Shown here: in pieces, positions 28,530 to 38,552 of the stretch
How positions within the stretch are numbered: the first letter of the stretch is position 1
Layout of the letters: each line of letters begins with the position of its first letter
IMG/VR virus record: IMGVR_UViG_3300035181_001618
Location: 62,001 to 126,000 of that record
From: an uncultured virus (IMG/VR IMGVR_UViG_3300035181_001618)
Taxonomy: Duplodnaviria > Heunggongvirae > Uroviricota > Caudoviricetes
Direction: 5' to 3' (one strand)
Length of the DNA stretch: 64,000 nucleotides
Position numbers and translations under genes: made by a program
Notes under the pieces: model-generated
What the model was told of the DNA's origin: nothing
Databases searched by the model: none
The model's input: only the letters and a program-made list of their open reading frames with translations

Positions 28530-31500
28530 TTAAAAGTCCAGGAGGTTGTTGATGAGCTGAGATTGGTAGGTAGGGACCTCCCAGTTCATCGGGGTGAAGA
28601 TGAGTTCGAGCTTATTGTCCACGAGCTTTTGCTCCATTAGCTTTCGGTCTACCTGAAAATTGCGGGTAAACCAAAGGGGCAAGTCCTCAGTTTCTGAGGT
28701 AAAGGAGATGCTCTTGAAGCCGAAAGCGTTATCTAGGAGCCACAGGGTTTTGATCTTATCCCCTGACTTAATAGGGACCCCGTCTAGCACCTTAAAATGC
28801 TCCAGCATGTAGTTGTGGTTGACAGCGTTGCGGGCGTTTGGCGCAATCTTGACCTTACTCAAGCCGTTGCGTTCGAGCCTGTCCCACAGCGTCCACGCTT
28901 CGTCGAGGTTGTTGACCGAGGTGACCATCGCGATATCAAGCGGGTTGATCTGGTCAGTGACCGTAGTAGTGCCAAGCGAGTTCCGGAAGTCGATGACCAC
29001 CTTGTCGATCTCGCTCTTGGACCGTTCATTGAGCAGCTTCATCACCACGTCCGTCAGCATGTGACGGATGACGGTCGGCGTTGACGAGAGGCGGATGTCC
29101 GATCCCATGGTCTTCAGCTCGTCCTCGTCGCCCGGGTTGATGCGCTTGCCTTCCTTGTCGACGACCAGCATCATGTACTTCTTCTTGGCCTGAATCAGGC
29201 CGGTCCGGCACACGAGCTCACGGTTGGCCTTGATCAAAGTCTCGAAGCCTGGCTGACAGTTGAAACCTGAGACCATGAACGGCGGGAAGGCGTCATTGAT
29301 GTCATCAGCGATAGCGTTCGCTGCCTCAACCAGCACGTCAACGTCATCGATGCCCTTGACGATGCTCTCGTATGTGAAGTAGACCGAGTCGGTGTCGCCA
29401 TAGATGGGGCCGGCACCAGGCGTGATGATGATCGAGTATGCGTTTTGCCCCCAGCGCAAGTTATGCTTGCCGTCGGTCCCTGTCTTCGAGTCCTTTTTCG
29501 AGTGCGGGTCAAAGGTCTTCAGCATCAGCGGAGCTTGACCTGTAGGCGCCAGGCTCTTCGACACCGTGTTGATCATCGTGTTGGTGATCTGTCGACCGCT
29601 GTAGGTGACCGAGGCGCCGATGCGTGGGTCGCCGAAGCGGCAGTACTCATTCAGCATAGCGCCGTAGGTGGAGTTGAGCAGCACCTTGCGCACGCCTTGA
29701 AGCATGTCGTAGTAGCCTGCTAGGCGCTTCGCCTCGATGACCTCAGGGTCCTTCTCCGTCTTGCCTTCGGCGAGCAGCTTGTCAGCTAGCTTGCCGTACT
29801 TCTTCTTCTCAGCCTGCATCTCCTTCCGACCGAAGAACCAGGAGGTCAGCACCTCAGGGACCAGGCCTTGGCCGTTACCCTGATCGAGGATCGTGCCGTA
29901 AGCCGAGACCGCGCACTTGTTCTCCTTGCAGTAGTCGACGACGACATTGGCAGGCAGCGCGAGCACTTGCGGGTCATGATCGAACTTAACATCGAGCATG
30001 AAGTCCTTGAATGGGCTTTCAGGGTCGAGAGCCACGGCGGACCACACGCGCCAGCCGTACTCGTTGGCGTCATAGACCGCGTCATCTTGCGGCGTTGTGA
30101 TGTTCTCGGTTCGATTGCCGTAGCGGACATTGGTATCTGTCGCCCCGTTGCCGTCAAGGTCCTTGTAGTACGTCCAGACGGCACGGGTGGTGGTTGCGTT
30201 GCGGTGCACGACCACGTCAACCCGGTACTTCTTCGAAACGATGTGAGTGCTAACGCCTCTGGGCAGCTTGACCTCAACCCAGCCATTGTCGAGGTCCGAC
30301 GGGCCGATGATCTGCCCTACGAGCTTCTCGAGGGACAGGTTGAGCGAGCGAATGGTGCTTGGGTACAAGGAGTTGATGTCACAAGCGCCGATCCACCGGT
30401 AGAAGCCGACGTTCGGCGTGACCACGATAGCGCCTTCAACCGGGTCGCCTTCAGGGCGCACGTTGCGGTCATTGACGATGCGCTGCAGCGTGTTGTGCGC
30501 ATAGTTCATGATGGCCGTGTCGATCAGCTGCACCGAGCCGAAGACCGAGTCAAAGTTGACTGAGGCCATGTGCACCATCTGGTTAGCCAGCTCAATGTAG
30601 CGGAACTTCGCATCGAGCCTAACCAGCAGAGTCACGTCATGGATGTTGTAGGTGACGAACTTAACGAAGTCATTGTTGTACAGCTCAGCAAGCGTGCCGT
30701 CGAACTCAACCTTGTCCTCCTTCAGCTCCTCAAGCGACACGTTGCTCAGGGAGTAGGACTGACGCTTGGTCAGGTCAAACTTTTGGAAGAGACGGAGGTA
30801 GTCGAGGTGGACCCGGCTAATCAGGTCGATGACAGGGTCCTTCTCCTTCGAGTGCTTAAACCTTGCCTTCTCAGTCCACCGAGGACTCGGGCCACCTTCT
30901 AACGCTAGCCTATCAAGCACGTGCTTGCCCATGACAAGCTCGATCCGCTTGGCGATGTACGGGAGGTCATAGAACTCGGAGTTCCAGCCCGACAGCACGT
31001 CACAAGGTTGGAGGAAGTCGAGCATCAGCTCGAGCAGCTCAACCTCATTGGTGACCAGGATGACCTCGCTCAGCTCAGCAGGCAGCTTGTCATCTGGGCC
31101 CCAGCTCTTCGGCGGCACGGCGACCGTGCACATCCGGCCGTTGACGCACAGGGTGAAAGCGTTGATCGGCGCGTAGGGATTGGCAGGGCCCGCATAGCCA
31201 ATGTCTGGGTTATAGTCAACTTCGATGTCAAGGAGGCCGATAGTCAGCTCAGGTGCAGGCTTCGTCGAGTAGATATCCATTAGGATCCGCTCGAGCGGAT
31301 TGACATCGGACTCAAACAGCGTCAAGCGTCGAAGCTGAGCATCGGCAATAGCTTCGTCGAAGTCGCTCGATGACGAGCAGTTCACCTTCTTGAGGTGCAC
31401 GCCCGAAGTCGAGATGAACGGCCCTGCGTCATCTCGTCTGTAAAAATAATAGGGAGGATCGTAGAGCTTACGAACACGCTGCCCGCTGGCTAGCTTTTCC

Positions 31501-31553
31501 CAGACAAGCACCTTTGCTTGTCGTTTGTCATAATACGTGGAGACGAAGCTCAA
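28530..31553 (-). CDS. family B DNA polymerase
   Basis: DIE, GWNS..YD, YNIHDV, DINSLYPS, KVLLNSTYG, YGDTDS and KKKY motifs; TTG start. Confidence 0.96.
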   Translation of the reverse strand: MSFVSTYYDKRQAKVLVWEKLASGQRVRKLYDPPYYFYRRDDAGPFISTSGVHLKKVNCSSSSDFDEAIADAQLRRLTLFESDVNPLERILMDIYSTKPAPELTIGLLDIEVDYNPDIGYAGPANPYAPINAFTLCVNGRMCTVAVPPKSWGPDDKLPAELSEVILVTNEVELLELMLDFLQPCDVLSGWNSEFYDLPYIAKRIELVMGKHVLDRLALEGGPSPRWTEKARFKHSKEKDPVIDLISRVHLDYLRLFQKFDLTKRQSYSLSNVSLEELKEDKVEFDGTLAELYNNDFVKFVTYNIHDVTLLVRLDAKFRYIELANQMVHMASVNFDSVFGSVQLIDTAIMNYAHNTLQRIVNDRNVRPEGDPVEGAIVVTPNVGFYRWIGACDINSLYPSTIRSLNLSLEKLVGQIIGPSDLDNGWVEVKLPRGVSTHIVSKKYRVDVVVHRNATTTRAVWTYYKDLDGNGATDTNVRYGNRTENITTPQDDAVYDANEYGWRVWSAVALDPESPFKDFMLDVKFDHDPQVLALPANVVVDYCKENKCAVSAYGTILDQGNGQGLVPEVLTSWFFGRKEMQAEKKKYGKLADKLLAEGKTEKDPEVIEAKRLAGYYDMLQGVRKVLLNSTYGAMLNEYCRFGDPRIGASVTYSGRQITNTMINTVSKSLAPTGQAPLMLKTFDPHSKKDSKTGTDGKHNLRWGQNAYSIIITPGAGPIYGDTDSVYFTYESIVKGIDDVDVLVEAANAIADDINDAFPPFMVSGFNCQPGFETLIKANRELVCRTGLIQAKKKYMMLVVDKEGKRINPGDEDELKTMGSDIRLSSTPTVIRHMLTDVVMKLLNERSKSEIDKVVIDFRNSLGTTTVTDQINPLDIAMVTSVNNLDEAWTLWDRLERNGLSKVKIAPNARNAVNHNYMLEHFKVLDGVPIKSGDKIKTLWLLDNAFGFKSISFTSETEDLPLWFTRNFQVDRKLMEQKLVDNKLELIFTPMNWEVPTYQSQLINNLLDF

Positions 31554-31744
31554 GTATTCCCTTTCGTGATGACGCCTGTTTCATCGGCGTCGTAAGCGGC
31601 TTCAAACTCTGTCTTGCCGCTCCACTCAATAGGGGTGCCGTCCTCAAACATTCGGAAAACGTCACCCTTCTTGATTTCAATCATTCTAACACGGACCCAC
31701 AAAGAGTCCTCTTTTCTTTCGACGATTCTCAGCTCTTGGGTCAT
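31550..31744 (-). CDS. small hypothetical protein
   Basis: 64-aa ORF overlapping the polymerase start. Confidence 0.55.
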   Translation of the reverse strand: MTQELRIVERKEDSLWVRVRMIEIKKGDVFRMFEDGTPIEWSGKTEFEAAYDADETGVITKGNT

Positions 31745-31759
31745 GCTAAATCCAGAATG

Positions 31760-31786
31760 AAAAAAGCCGCTAATAAAAGCGGCCTT
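31760..31786 (-). terminator. intrinsic terminator
   Basis: GGCCGC-TTTTATTA-GCGGCT followed by a T run on the minus strand. Confidence 0.75.
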
Positions 31787-31801
31787 GAGGGGCGAGGGCA
31801 G

Positions 31802-31978
31802 TTAGTGGGCGTTTACGGCCATAACACCGCAAAAGATCACCTACCCGACGATCAGGAAGAAGACGCCCATTGCTCGGCCGTCTTCACCCTTCGCGTTCGA
31901 GTTCTTCATGTGCTCTAGGCCAACAAGCAGCCCAAAGCCAGCCAGAACGCTAAACAGCAAGTACAAGACGGCCGTCAT
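31802..31978 (-). pseudogene. small two-TM protein with an in-frame TAG
   Basis: MTAVLYLLF...GVFFLIVG*VIFCGVMAVNAH; TAG at 31841-31843 lies inside the second hydrophobic segment. Confidence 0.45.
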
Positions 31979-31981
31979 GGC

Positions 31982-32500
31982 TCAGTCCGCGACCTTGAAC
32001 CAGGCTTGGGGCACGGTCATGTAGGTCTTGTTGTCCTTGTCGAACTTCAAGACGCCCAGGGCATGCAGGCGGCCGGCGACCGAATAGGCTGTCCGACCGC
32101 ATGCAGCGCCGATCTGCTCGGGCGTGCCGCCGGTAGCGTAGGCCAGCAGCAGCGTCCGGTCACCGTCATTGTCCCAGCGATCATCGTGATGCTTGGGCTT
32201 GACTGAAACCTTGGTCTCGTGCTTTACATAGCTGGCAAGCGTCAGGGCAGTCGCCGTCTTGCCGGTCTTCAGGTCGCCGAGCTGGCCAACGATGGCCTTG
32301 ACGGTCCGACCGAGCTTCTTGGCCATGTCAGCCGGCGTCTCGTTTGCAACGATCAGCTTGGCAAAAGCCTTCAGGTCGGCGGGTGACCAGGCCTTGCGGG
32401 TCGAGCCTGCAGCGTAGTTGGCGCCGCCGTTGACGGCGGATGCTGGCTGCGGCTTGTTGCCGGTGGGGAAGGGCCATGCTCTAGGTGGGAGTGCGCTCAT
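31982..32500 (-). CDS. DNA-binding protein with two Myb/HTH-like repeats
   Basis: WSPADL...LGRTVKAI and WDNDGD...GRTAYSVAGRL. Confidence 0.6.
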   Translation of the reverse strand: MSALPPRAWPFPTGNKPQPASAVNGGANYAAGSTRKAWSPADLKAFAKLIVANETPADMAKKLGRTVKAIVGQLGDLKTGKTATALTLASYVKHETKVSVKPKHHDDRWDNDGDRTLLLAYATGGTPEQIGAACGRTAYSVAGRLHALGVLKFDKDNKTYMTVPQAWFKVAD

Positions 32501-32514
32501 GATGTGTGCTCCCC

Positions 32515-32820
32515 TTATTCCGAGGTGATGCCAAGGCCGACGGCCAGATCCTTGGCCTCTTCCAGCTTCTTGATCTTAGCGTCGATGCTGCCGTTATCCA
32601 GGCGCTCGCGCACCAGTTCGCCCAGCACTTGCGATGGGATGGCGAGAGCGGATTCGGCTTCGCCCTTGATGTCCTTGATCGCTTCGCGCTCGGACTTGAT
32701 CTTGCCCTCACAGAGGACGATCTCGTCGATGAAGCCGAGCAGCTGCTTCTTGGTCACTTCGTTGGCCATCACGCTGGCCAAGGAGAATTCGGGCTTCTTG
32801 CCTGTCAGGTCTTTTGTCAT
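32515..32820 (-). CDS. T4 DsbA/GapR-like dsDNA-binding protein
   Basis: helical FIDEI...IKDIKGEA pattern. Confidence 0.65.
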   Translation of the reverse strand: MTKDLTGKKPEFSLASVMANEVTKKQLLGFIDEIVLCEGKIKSEREAIKDIKGEAESALAIPSQVLGELVRERLDNGSIDAKIKKLEEAKDLAVGLGITSE

Positions 32821-32912
32821 TTATGAATGGTCTCGATGAAGCCGTAACGATACGGCAAGATGGATTCTATTCAAAATGCACCTAAACCGCATTTATTCAA
32901 ATGCAATTTGCC

Positions 32913-33413
32913 TTAGTGCACCACGGAGGAGTTGATGTCGATGTACATCTTGCCTTCAGGTACCTCGATGTAGTCCTCGAACTCATGGATGATGTAGCGA
33001 AAGATCATCGCGTGCTCATCATTGATGATCGGCGGCGCCTCTTCATCAAACTCTTCGGTCGTGTATGTCATTCGCACGACCTCGTCATCGCCCCAAGTGT
33101 CGAGGTAGTCGGTGAACTCTGGGTTCTCCTTCTTGAACTTTTCAAGGTCCTCGGCGGAATTCGAGTGCATCGGGTTGGTCTCGTTGATAGACGTGACCGC
33201 GTTTTTCGACTTGCTGATCTTCAGCAGCTCAACCTTGCGGTTAAGGTCGGTGTGGAGCGCCTCGAGGCAGGCAGCCGAATCATTGAAGAGACGGCTGTTG
33301 ACATTCAGCTCGGTGATGTCATCACCTGCGATGTCTACGATTGTACCTTTAAGGTGCTCGCGGATATGAGGATTTTCGAGGTTGATCTCGAAGCTGTAGT
33401 AGTAGTTACGCAC
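32913..33413 (-). CDS. hypothetical acidic protein
   Basis: TAAATA at 33441, GGAGG then GTG start. Confidence 0.6.
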   Translation of the reverse strand: MRNYYYSFEINLENPHIREHLKGTIVDIAGDDITELNVNSRLFNDSAACLEALHTDLNRKVELLKISKSKNAVTSINETNPMHSNSAEDLEKFKKENPEFTDYLDTWGDDEVVRMTYTTEEFDEEAPPIINDEHAMIFRYIIHEFEDYIEVPEGKMYIDINSSVVH

Positions 33414-33443
33414 TGTGGCCTCCTGCAAGCTGCTCGAGACTAT

Positions 33444-34637
33444 TTATGCGGGTCCGATGATGAAGGCTTTTTCGTTCCGCTCTACTAGCAGGTTGACAAT
33501 GTCTGCAGCCTGAGTGCTAACAGCGACCGCTGGCATCGCTGTCAACGCTAACGGTCGAGCTTGAGGCTGAAGCGTCGCTCCGTCAATGACTAGCTCCATA
33601 CTGCCGGTCTCTCCATTAACAGCAAAGCTCACAGAGAACCCTTCAGCCGTCAACGTTGTTGTGGGCACGGTGGCTGTCAGGCGCTTGTCTTCAAACGCAT
33701 AGGGTGCGCGGGCAAGCAGGAAGCTACCGGTGCTTGAGATGACGTAAGTGGTGCCGTTCTCATCAGCCGCTTCGAAGCGTACCAAGCCGTAGGTCCGGGT
33801 TCGATCAAGAGCGCCTAGGTCGATGCAATAGAGCGGAGTATGGGCGCCGACGCGTAACGTGTTGCCCCAAGCACCTGTGGACCGTGTAGCATCAAGCTGA
33901 GGCAGGATACTGAATGCAAGCTTGAGAGCTTGGTCCTCATTGAAGAACTGGGTCAGCGACTTGTAGACAAAGACTTCGATGAGAAGAGAAGGGCCTTCAA
34001 GCTGAGGAGAGAAGGTAATCGTGCCTGCCGCAGCCGAGTACAGCGTCGAGTCAAGCAGCGCGCCGTTGACAAGTACGCGCACGTTGCTGGTGCTGTCAAA
34101 AGTCAGGAGGTTTCGGTTGGCGGAGTCATCCTTGCCCTGCACATACACGCAGCTGTCAGTTCGGCTGTAGGTGTAGCGCTTGTACTCAAGAGCCGCCGGC
34201 GTCAGCTCGAAAAGCACGGCCTTTACTTCGAGCGCCGCAGGTTGTACGGCATCGCTAGCACAGCGAGCGAGCACGCGCTCGAAGCCTACCGAGTCGTTGA
34301 TGTAGAAGAGGCGCTGGGAGCCGCTAAGCTTTGACCTGACAAGCGAGAGAGTTAAGCCTCCACCGCTAAAGGATGCGAGGCTTACTTTGTCAAGGGGCTT
34401 CTCCGCGGCCGCGGCCACCCGGGCGGTGCCGCGCTTAACCCGATCGAGGAGGCCGATGACGGTTGGGGTGTTGACAGGCCTGAGGCCGAACCTAGTGCCT
34501 GCCAAGGATAGCTTGCCAGCGCACTGGTCGGTGATGACACAGCGTAAGGGGTCTGGCCGAGTTGGGTCCGCCAGCCGTTCAATGCTGCGATCGCACGTGT
34601 CACACGTGTACTTATAGATGCGGTTGTTGAGGGCCAT
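33444..34637 (-). CDS. late (probably virion) protein with N-terminal Cys motif
   Basis: CDTC...C....C; TAAATA 4 nt upstream. Confidence 0.55.
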   Translation of the reverse strand: MALNNRIYKYTCDTCDRSIERLADPTRPDPLRCVITDQCAGKLSLAGTRFGLRPVNTPTVIGLLDRVKRGTARVAAAAEKPLDKVSLASFSGGGLTLSLVRSKLSGSQRLFYINDSVGFERVLARCASDAVQPAALEVKAVLFELTPAALEYKRYTYSRTDSCVYVQGKDDSANRNLLTFDSTSNVRVLVNGALLDSTLYSAAAGTITFSPQLEGPSLLIEVFVYKSLTQFFNEDQALKLAFSILPQLDATRSTGAWGNTLRVGAHTPLYCIDLGALDRTRTYGLVRFEAADENGTTYVISSTGSFLLARAPYAFEDKRLTATVPTTTLTAEGFSVSFAVNGETGSMELVIDGATLQPQARPLALTAMPAVAVSTQAADIVNLLVERNEKAFIIGPA

Positions 34638-34693
34638 GACATATTTATCATAGCGCTAACTGCTATATACATAATAACTTCTAACGCATACTT

Positions 34694-35374
34694 ATGAACT
34701 ACAGCATCATCTATCAAAATTTGATCAAGCGAGGACAACAGCGTAAATCTTCAGACGTTGAAGGTGAGCGTCATCACATTGTACCAAGATGCATGGGTGG
34801 TAGTGATGCGAAAGTAAACTTGGTCAAGCTTCCTTACAGAGAGCATTTGTTCGCACATCGACTGTTGTGCCGCATTTATCCAATGCATCATGGATTAGCT
34901 CAAGCAGTAGCTCGCATTCAACGAAAGTATAAAGTGACTGGCAAGGAGCAATACAAATTATACGAAGCCGATCGCCGACGGGTGGCTGTGATGCTAAGCC
35001 TTGTTCACAAAGGTAAGACGTTATCAGACGAGCATAAGGCTCGTATCAGTCAATTTCATAAAGGTCGTAAGCAGCCTTCGCGTGCTGCGGAACATTCTCA
35101 AAAGCTTGGTGAAGCTCACAGAGGAATTCCATGTCCTCAACATGTCAAGGACGCAGTTGCTAGGGCAGCTACCGGTAGAATTAAGTCAGAAGAAGAGCGC
35201 GCTAAGATAAGCGCTGCTCAAAAAGGAAAAGTTGTGGCTCCAAATGCTCGCGCCCTCATGAGTGTTAGCTCAAAAGGGCGCGTATGGGTGCACAATGAAG
35301 AGAAAACTAAGCGCGTCAAACAAGATGAGCTAGAGCTGTATCTTGCTAATGGCTTCAGTTTAGGACGATGCTGA
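34694..35374 (+). mobile_element. free-standing HNH homing endonuclease with NUMOD3-like repeats
   Basis: ERHHIVPRCMGG..NLVKL..REHLFAHRLL; SDEHKARIS. Confidence 0.88.
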
Positions 35375-35950
35375 TACAGCAAGTCCTGTCAAGAAATAAT
35401 CTCGGATTTGCCTTAGAGATTCCAACGTGTAAATGATATCCTCTAAGGCATCATGTTTCCCGCGCGGCGGCAGGCCTACCGCGTCAAACAGATCATCGGA
35501 CTTGGTCATCCCCAACATGACCAAGCCAAAGGCGGCCGTGTCGAGCTTGATGGGGTCATACTTGAAAGCAAAGCCGATCGAGTCAAACAGCTGGTCAAGG
35601 AAAGCGATGTCAAAGTGCGGGCGGTGGCCGAGAACAACGACATTCTCGGTGCCCATGTACTTGTGGACCATCAGAGCTAGCTGCTCTGCGGCTTCGGCTT
35701 GCGTGACGCCGTGCTTGCTGAGGTAGTCACGAGTCAGGCCGTGGATTTTCTCAGCGGTGTCCTCCCACGCGTACTTCGGGTCATACTTGATCTCGCAGTA
35801 CAGCGTGTCAACAACAGTCAGCCGCTCGATGTCGAAGATCAGCGCGCCGAAGGAGACGCCTTGATGCCGTTCGGCATAGTGCGGGAGGGAGTACCCGGTG
35901 GTCTCGAAGTCAATCGCGAGCCCGAACTTGGGGATAGGATGTGATGCCAT
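35360..35950 (-). CDS. DEDDh 3'-5' exonuclease
   Basis: IDFETTG, GH..HFD and HDALED motifs. Confidence 0.88.
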   Translation of the reverse strand: MASHPIPKFGLAIDFETTGYSLPHYAERHQGVSFGALIFDIERLTVVDTLYCEIKYDPKYAWEDTAEKIHGLTRDYLSKHGVTQAEAAEQLALMVHKYMGTENVVVLGHRPHFDIAFLDQLFDSIGFAFKYDPIKLDTAAFGLVMLGMTKSDDLFDAVGLPPRGKHDALEDIIYTLESLRQIRDYFLTGLAVSASS

Positions 35951-35987
35951 AAAATTAGGAGGGGCGACCGAAGCCGCCCCGTAGAGG

Positions 35988-36257
35988 TTACCGAGCGCGG
36001 GGCGCCTGGTCGTCGTCAGCCCGAATGGTCTGCGCGAGCGCATTGCAAACATTGGCGACACGATCGAAGAGCTTGCCCGAAAGATACGGCGGGCAGCCTT
36101 CGAGCTCACGCACCGCATAGCAGAACTCAACTTCGAATTCATGCCGGCGGGTGCCGTGGCTGTTGTTCGCTCCAAGCCTTCCGATTAAGCGCGCAAACTT
36201 CTCGCGCAGTGACCGGAGAGCCTCATCTTGGTTGAACGTAGGTTGGGAGGACTGCAT
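35988..36257 (-). CDS. hypothetical protein
   Basis: 89-aa ORF downstream of a TG-TATAAT element and followed by a UUCG hairpin. Confidence 0.5.
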   Translation of the reverse strand: MQSSQPTFNQDEALRSLREKFARLIGRLGANNSHGTRRHEFEVEFCYAVRELEGCPPYLSGKLFDRVANVCNALAQTIRADDDQAPRAR

Positions 36258-36340
36258 GAAAGCCTAGGGTCAATATCTCAGAGTGATGAGCTCATCGTAT
36301 CAACGAGCACAAAATCATTATACACTATTTTGCCGCCGAC

Positions 36341-36919
36341 CTACAAATTGTCACCATGCCAAGCAATCATCGAGTTGTACTGACCAACTTTATTACACTT
36401 TGAACAGACGTACTTAGGTCGGTTTAAAGCCGCTTGCGCGTACTTTGGAGAATCTTTTGGAAGGCCTTTGCCGCCTGCACCTCCAGCGGCTGCTCGACGC
36501 GATCGCTCAACGGTGTATGCTTTGTCATCAAGACATGCTTTATATGAACTACAACGTCAGGAGATACCGAACCGTGGGTTGTCTGATCCTCGCAAAGCAT
36601 TGCGGCGCCGGCTTTCACGTGCTTCTTCGGATATTGGACCGGCACCGCCGCCGCGGCCACCTTTACACTGGTTCCATCCCATGAAGTTGTCAGGCCTGAG
36701 CTCTTCCTCTTTGGCATAGGCTTCTGCAGCTGTAGAATAGCTAAACAGTAGATGTATGCTCTCGGAAGTCAAGCCTAGGGCCCGAATAGCTTTGCCGATG
36801 ATTCGGTTACCACGTTGATGATCCTTGAAACGCTCGACGAGCTCTTGCTTAGTCACGCCAATATAGCCTCTTGTAAGGCTATTGTCTCGAGGATCAACAA
36901 TGTGGTAGACGTAGTACAT
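36341..36919 (-). pseudogene. GIY-YIG homing endonuclease with a premature TGA
   Basis: YVY...GYIGVT; TGA at 36557-36559; the same frame continues to RPKYVCSKCNKVG...WHGDN, a homing-endonuclease-type C-terminal Zn motif. Confidence 0.75.
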
Positions 36920-37674
36920 TAGCTAGAAGATAGCAAGCTTCCAGGACCCTTGATCAAACGGCCTGGGCCTTCAGTGACCCTTCGCGTCGGAGCTGCTGGA
37001 TCCAGCTCTAAGTAGTTGAGCATATCTTCGATTAGCGGATTTCGTACGGTAGCAGCGCCGCCGAAGTCAACGACGCTGATGTGCTCGTTGCGACCAACCA
37101 ATCGATCTGCTGCCCATTTAAGACCATTCGGCACCTTCAGGTCAGATTGAGCCGTATCACCAGTGATCACCATCTTCGAGTCATAGCCCAAGCGCGTCAA
37201 GAACATCATCATTTGCTCTTGAGTGCAGTTCTGCGCTTCGTCAAGCAGCACAAAGGACTCGTTGATTGACCGACCGCGCATGTACGCCAGCGGAATGATC
37301 TCAACTTGACCGTTGTTGAGGAGCTCCTTTGCCTTGGTCGGGCCCACATGGTCCTCGATCGCGTCGAGCAGCGGGAGGATGTACGGGTGGATCTTCTCAA
37401 GCATGTCGCCGGGGAGGTAGCCGATATCCTCCGTAGCAACGATCGGACGGGTCAGGATGATACGACGAACGTCACCTTCAAGCAGTGCTTTCAGGGCATA
37501 GTACGCAGCGATGTAGGTCTTACCCGTGCCAGCTTTGCCGAAGCAAAATGTCACCGTTGACTCCTGCAGCATATCAGCATAATGCTGCTGGGCCGAATTC
37601 TTCAGGGTCAGCTTGTTGACATAGGTGCCAGGCTTCTTGACGGTAGACTCATCGTTATAGCGTTTACGGCTCAT
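36919..37674 (-). CDS. phoH: PhoH-like ATPase
   Basis: GKAGTGKT, IGYLPG, YMRGRS, LDEAQN, TRLG and GD..QSD motifs. Confidence 0.95.
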   Translation of the reverse strand: MSRKRYNDESTVKKPGTYVNKLTLKNSAQQHYADMLQESTVTFCFGKAGTGKTYIAAYYALKALLEGDVRRIILTRPIVATEDIGYLPGDMLEKIHPYILPLLDAIEDHVGPTKAKELLNNGQVEIIPLAYMRGRSINESFVLLDEAQNCTQEQMMMFLTRLGYDSKMVITGDTAQSDLKVPNGLKWAADRLVGRNEHISVVDFGGAATVRNPLIEDMLNYLELDPAAPTRRVTEGPGRLIKGPGSLLSSS

Positions 37675-37730
37675 TGTTGTTGTTCCAAGGGTTTTGAGGT
37701 TAAGCGGCGGATGCCGTCTGGGATGGAAGT

Positions 37731-37770
37731 AAAAACGGCTCCGAAGGCGGGTTAAGCCTTAGGAGCCGTT
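37731..37770 (-). terminator. intrinsic terminator
   Basis: AACGGCTCC...GGAGCCGTT followed by TTT on the minus strand. Confidence 0.65.
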
Positions 37771-37794
37771 GAGGGAAATGACAGCAAAAGAGAA

Positions 37795-38181
37795 TTAGTC
37801 GTTAGCTTCGCGCTTTGTTGCCCACTGAATCCACAGCAGGGTTTCTTGAGTCGGGTTGACGTAGCTGTACAGGAGGTCTTGGTCCTTGATTTCCGCAAGC
37901 TCTAGCATCTTCTTCGCCAGCTCAACCTGCTCTTCAGGCTTCATGCCGCGCAGTTGCGCGAGCAGCTCGCCGGAAGTTGAGAGGAACGGGTCGTAGAAGT
38001 TGTTGGTCTTATACAAGTAGCCGTTCTTGAAGAACTCGATCAAGCGAGCCAGCACGATGAACTGCATGGTCTCACGAGCCTGGCCGCCCTTGATGATGTT
38101 TTGCAGTGACATGAGCACGTTCGGGTCTACACGACCTTCAGCGATCAAACGCTTGCCTTGGTACAGGTTGTTGAGCTTCAT
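37795..38181 (-). CDS. hypothetical late protein (MKL...IAE start)
   Basis: TAAATA at 38203. Confidence 0.6.
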   Translation of the reverse strand: MKLNNLYQGKRLIAEGRVDPNVLMSLQNIIKGGQARETMQFIVLARLIEFFKNGYLYKTNNFYDPFLSTSGELLAQLRGMKPEEQVELAKKMLELAEIKDQDLLYSYVNPTQETLLWIQWATKREAND

Positions 38182-38213
38182 TAGGTGGTTACCTTCTGAA
38201 GCTATTTACCACC

Positions 38214-38552
38214 CTAATTGATTTCAATCTGGAAAGAGAATTGATCCTGCTTCCATTCAAGCAGTTTTACGATGGCACCCTCTGCCATGGCAGAGCTGCG
38301 TCGATACTTCATTGAGCCGTACTGCTCATCGCCTTTACGAGGGCCATAGCATACGACTACGATGCAGTCATCAACGCGATCATAGATGGTGAGGATCAAG
38401 GTCTGAACAACCATTGGGTTTGAGTCCTCAAACTTGGCTTGGAAGCAAGCAACAGCCGGTATAGCCGATGCGAGCTTCATTTCATCATCAATCCCGATCT
38501 GCTGAAACTTCAAGAAGAGTTGACGGCACTCGCTCTTAAACCCACTCTTCAT
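38214..38552 (-). CDS. LKFQQ family protein
   Basis: LFLKFQQIGID. Confidence 0.5.
   Translation of the reverse strand: MKSGFKSECRQLFLKFQQIGIDDEMKLASAIPAVACFQAKFEDSNPMVVQTLILTIYDRVDDCIVVVCYGPRKGDEQYGSMKYRRSSAMAEGAIVKLLEWKQDQFSFQIEIN

Noticed and set aside
28530..31553. Intein or intron in the polymerase
   Set aside because: The frame is continuous, with no C...HN splice motifs or LAGLIDADG blocks
4884..31843. Possible TAG recoding (in-frame TAG in the ACP leader and in 31802-31978)
   Set aside because: Only two cases, one of which also needs a frameshift; long genes have no internal TAG, and TAG ends real genes
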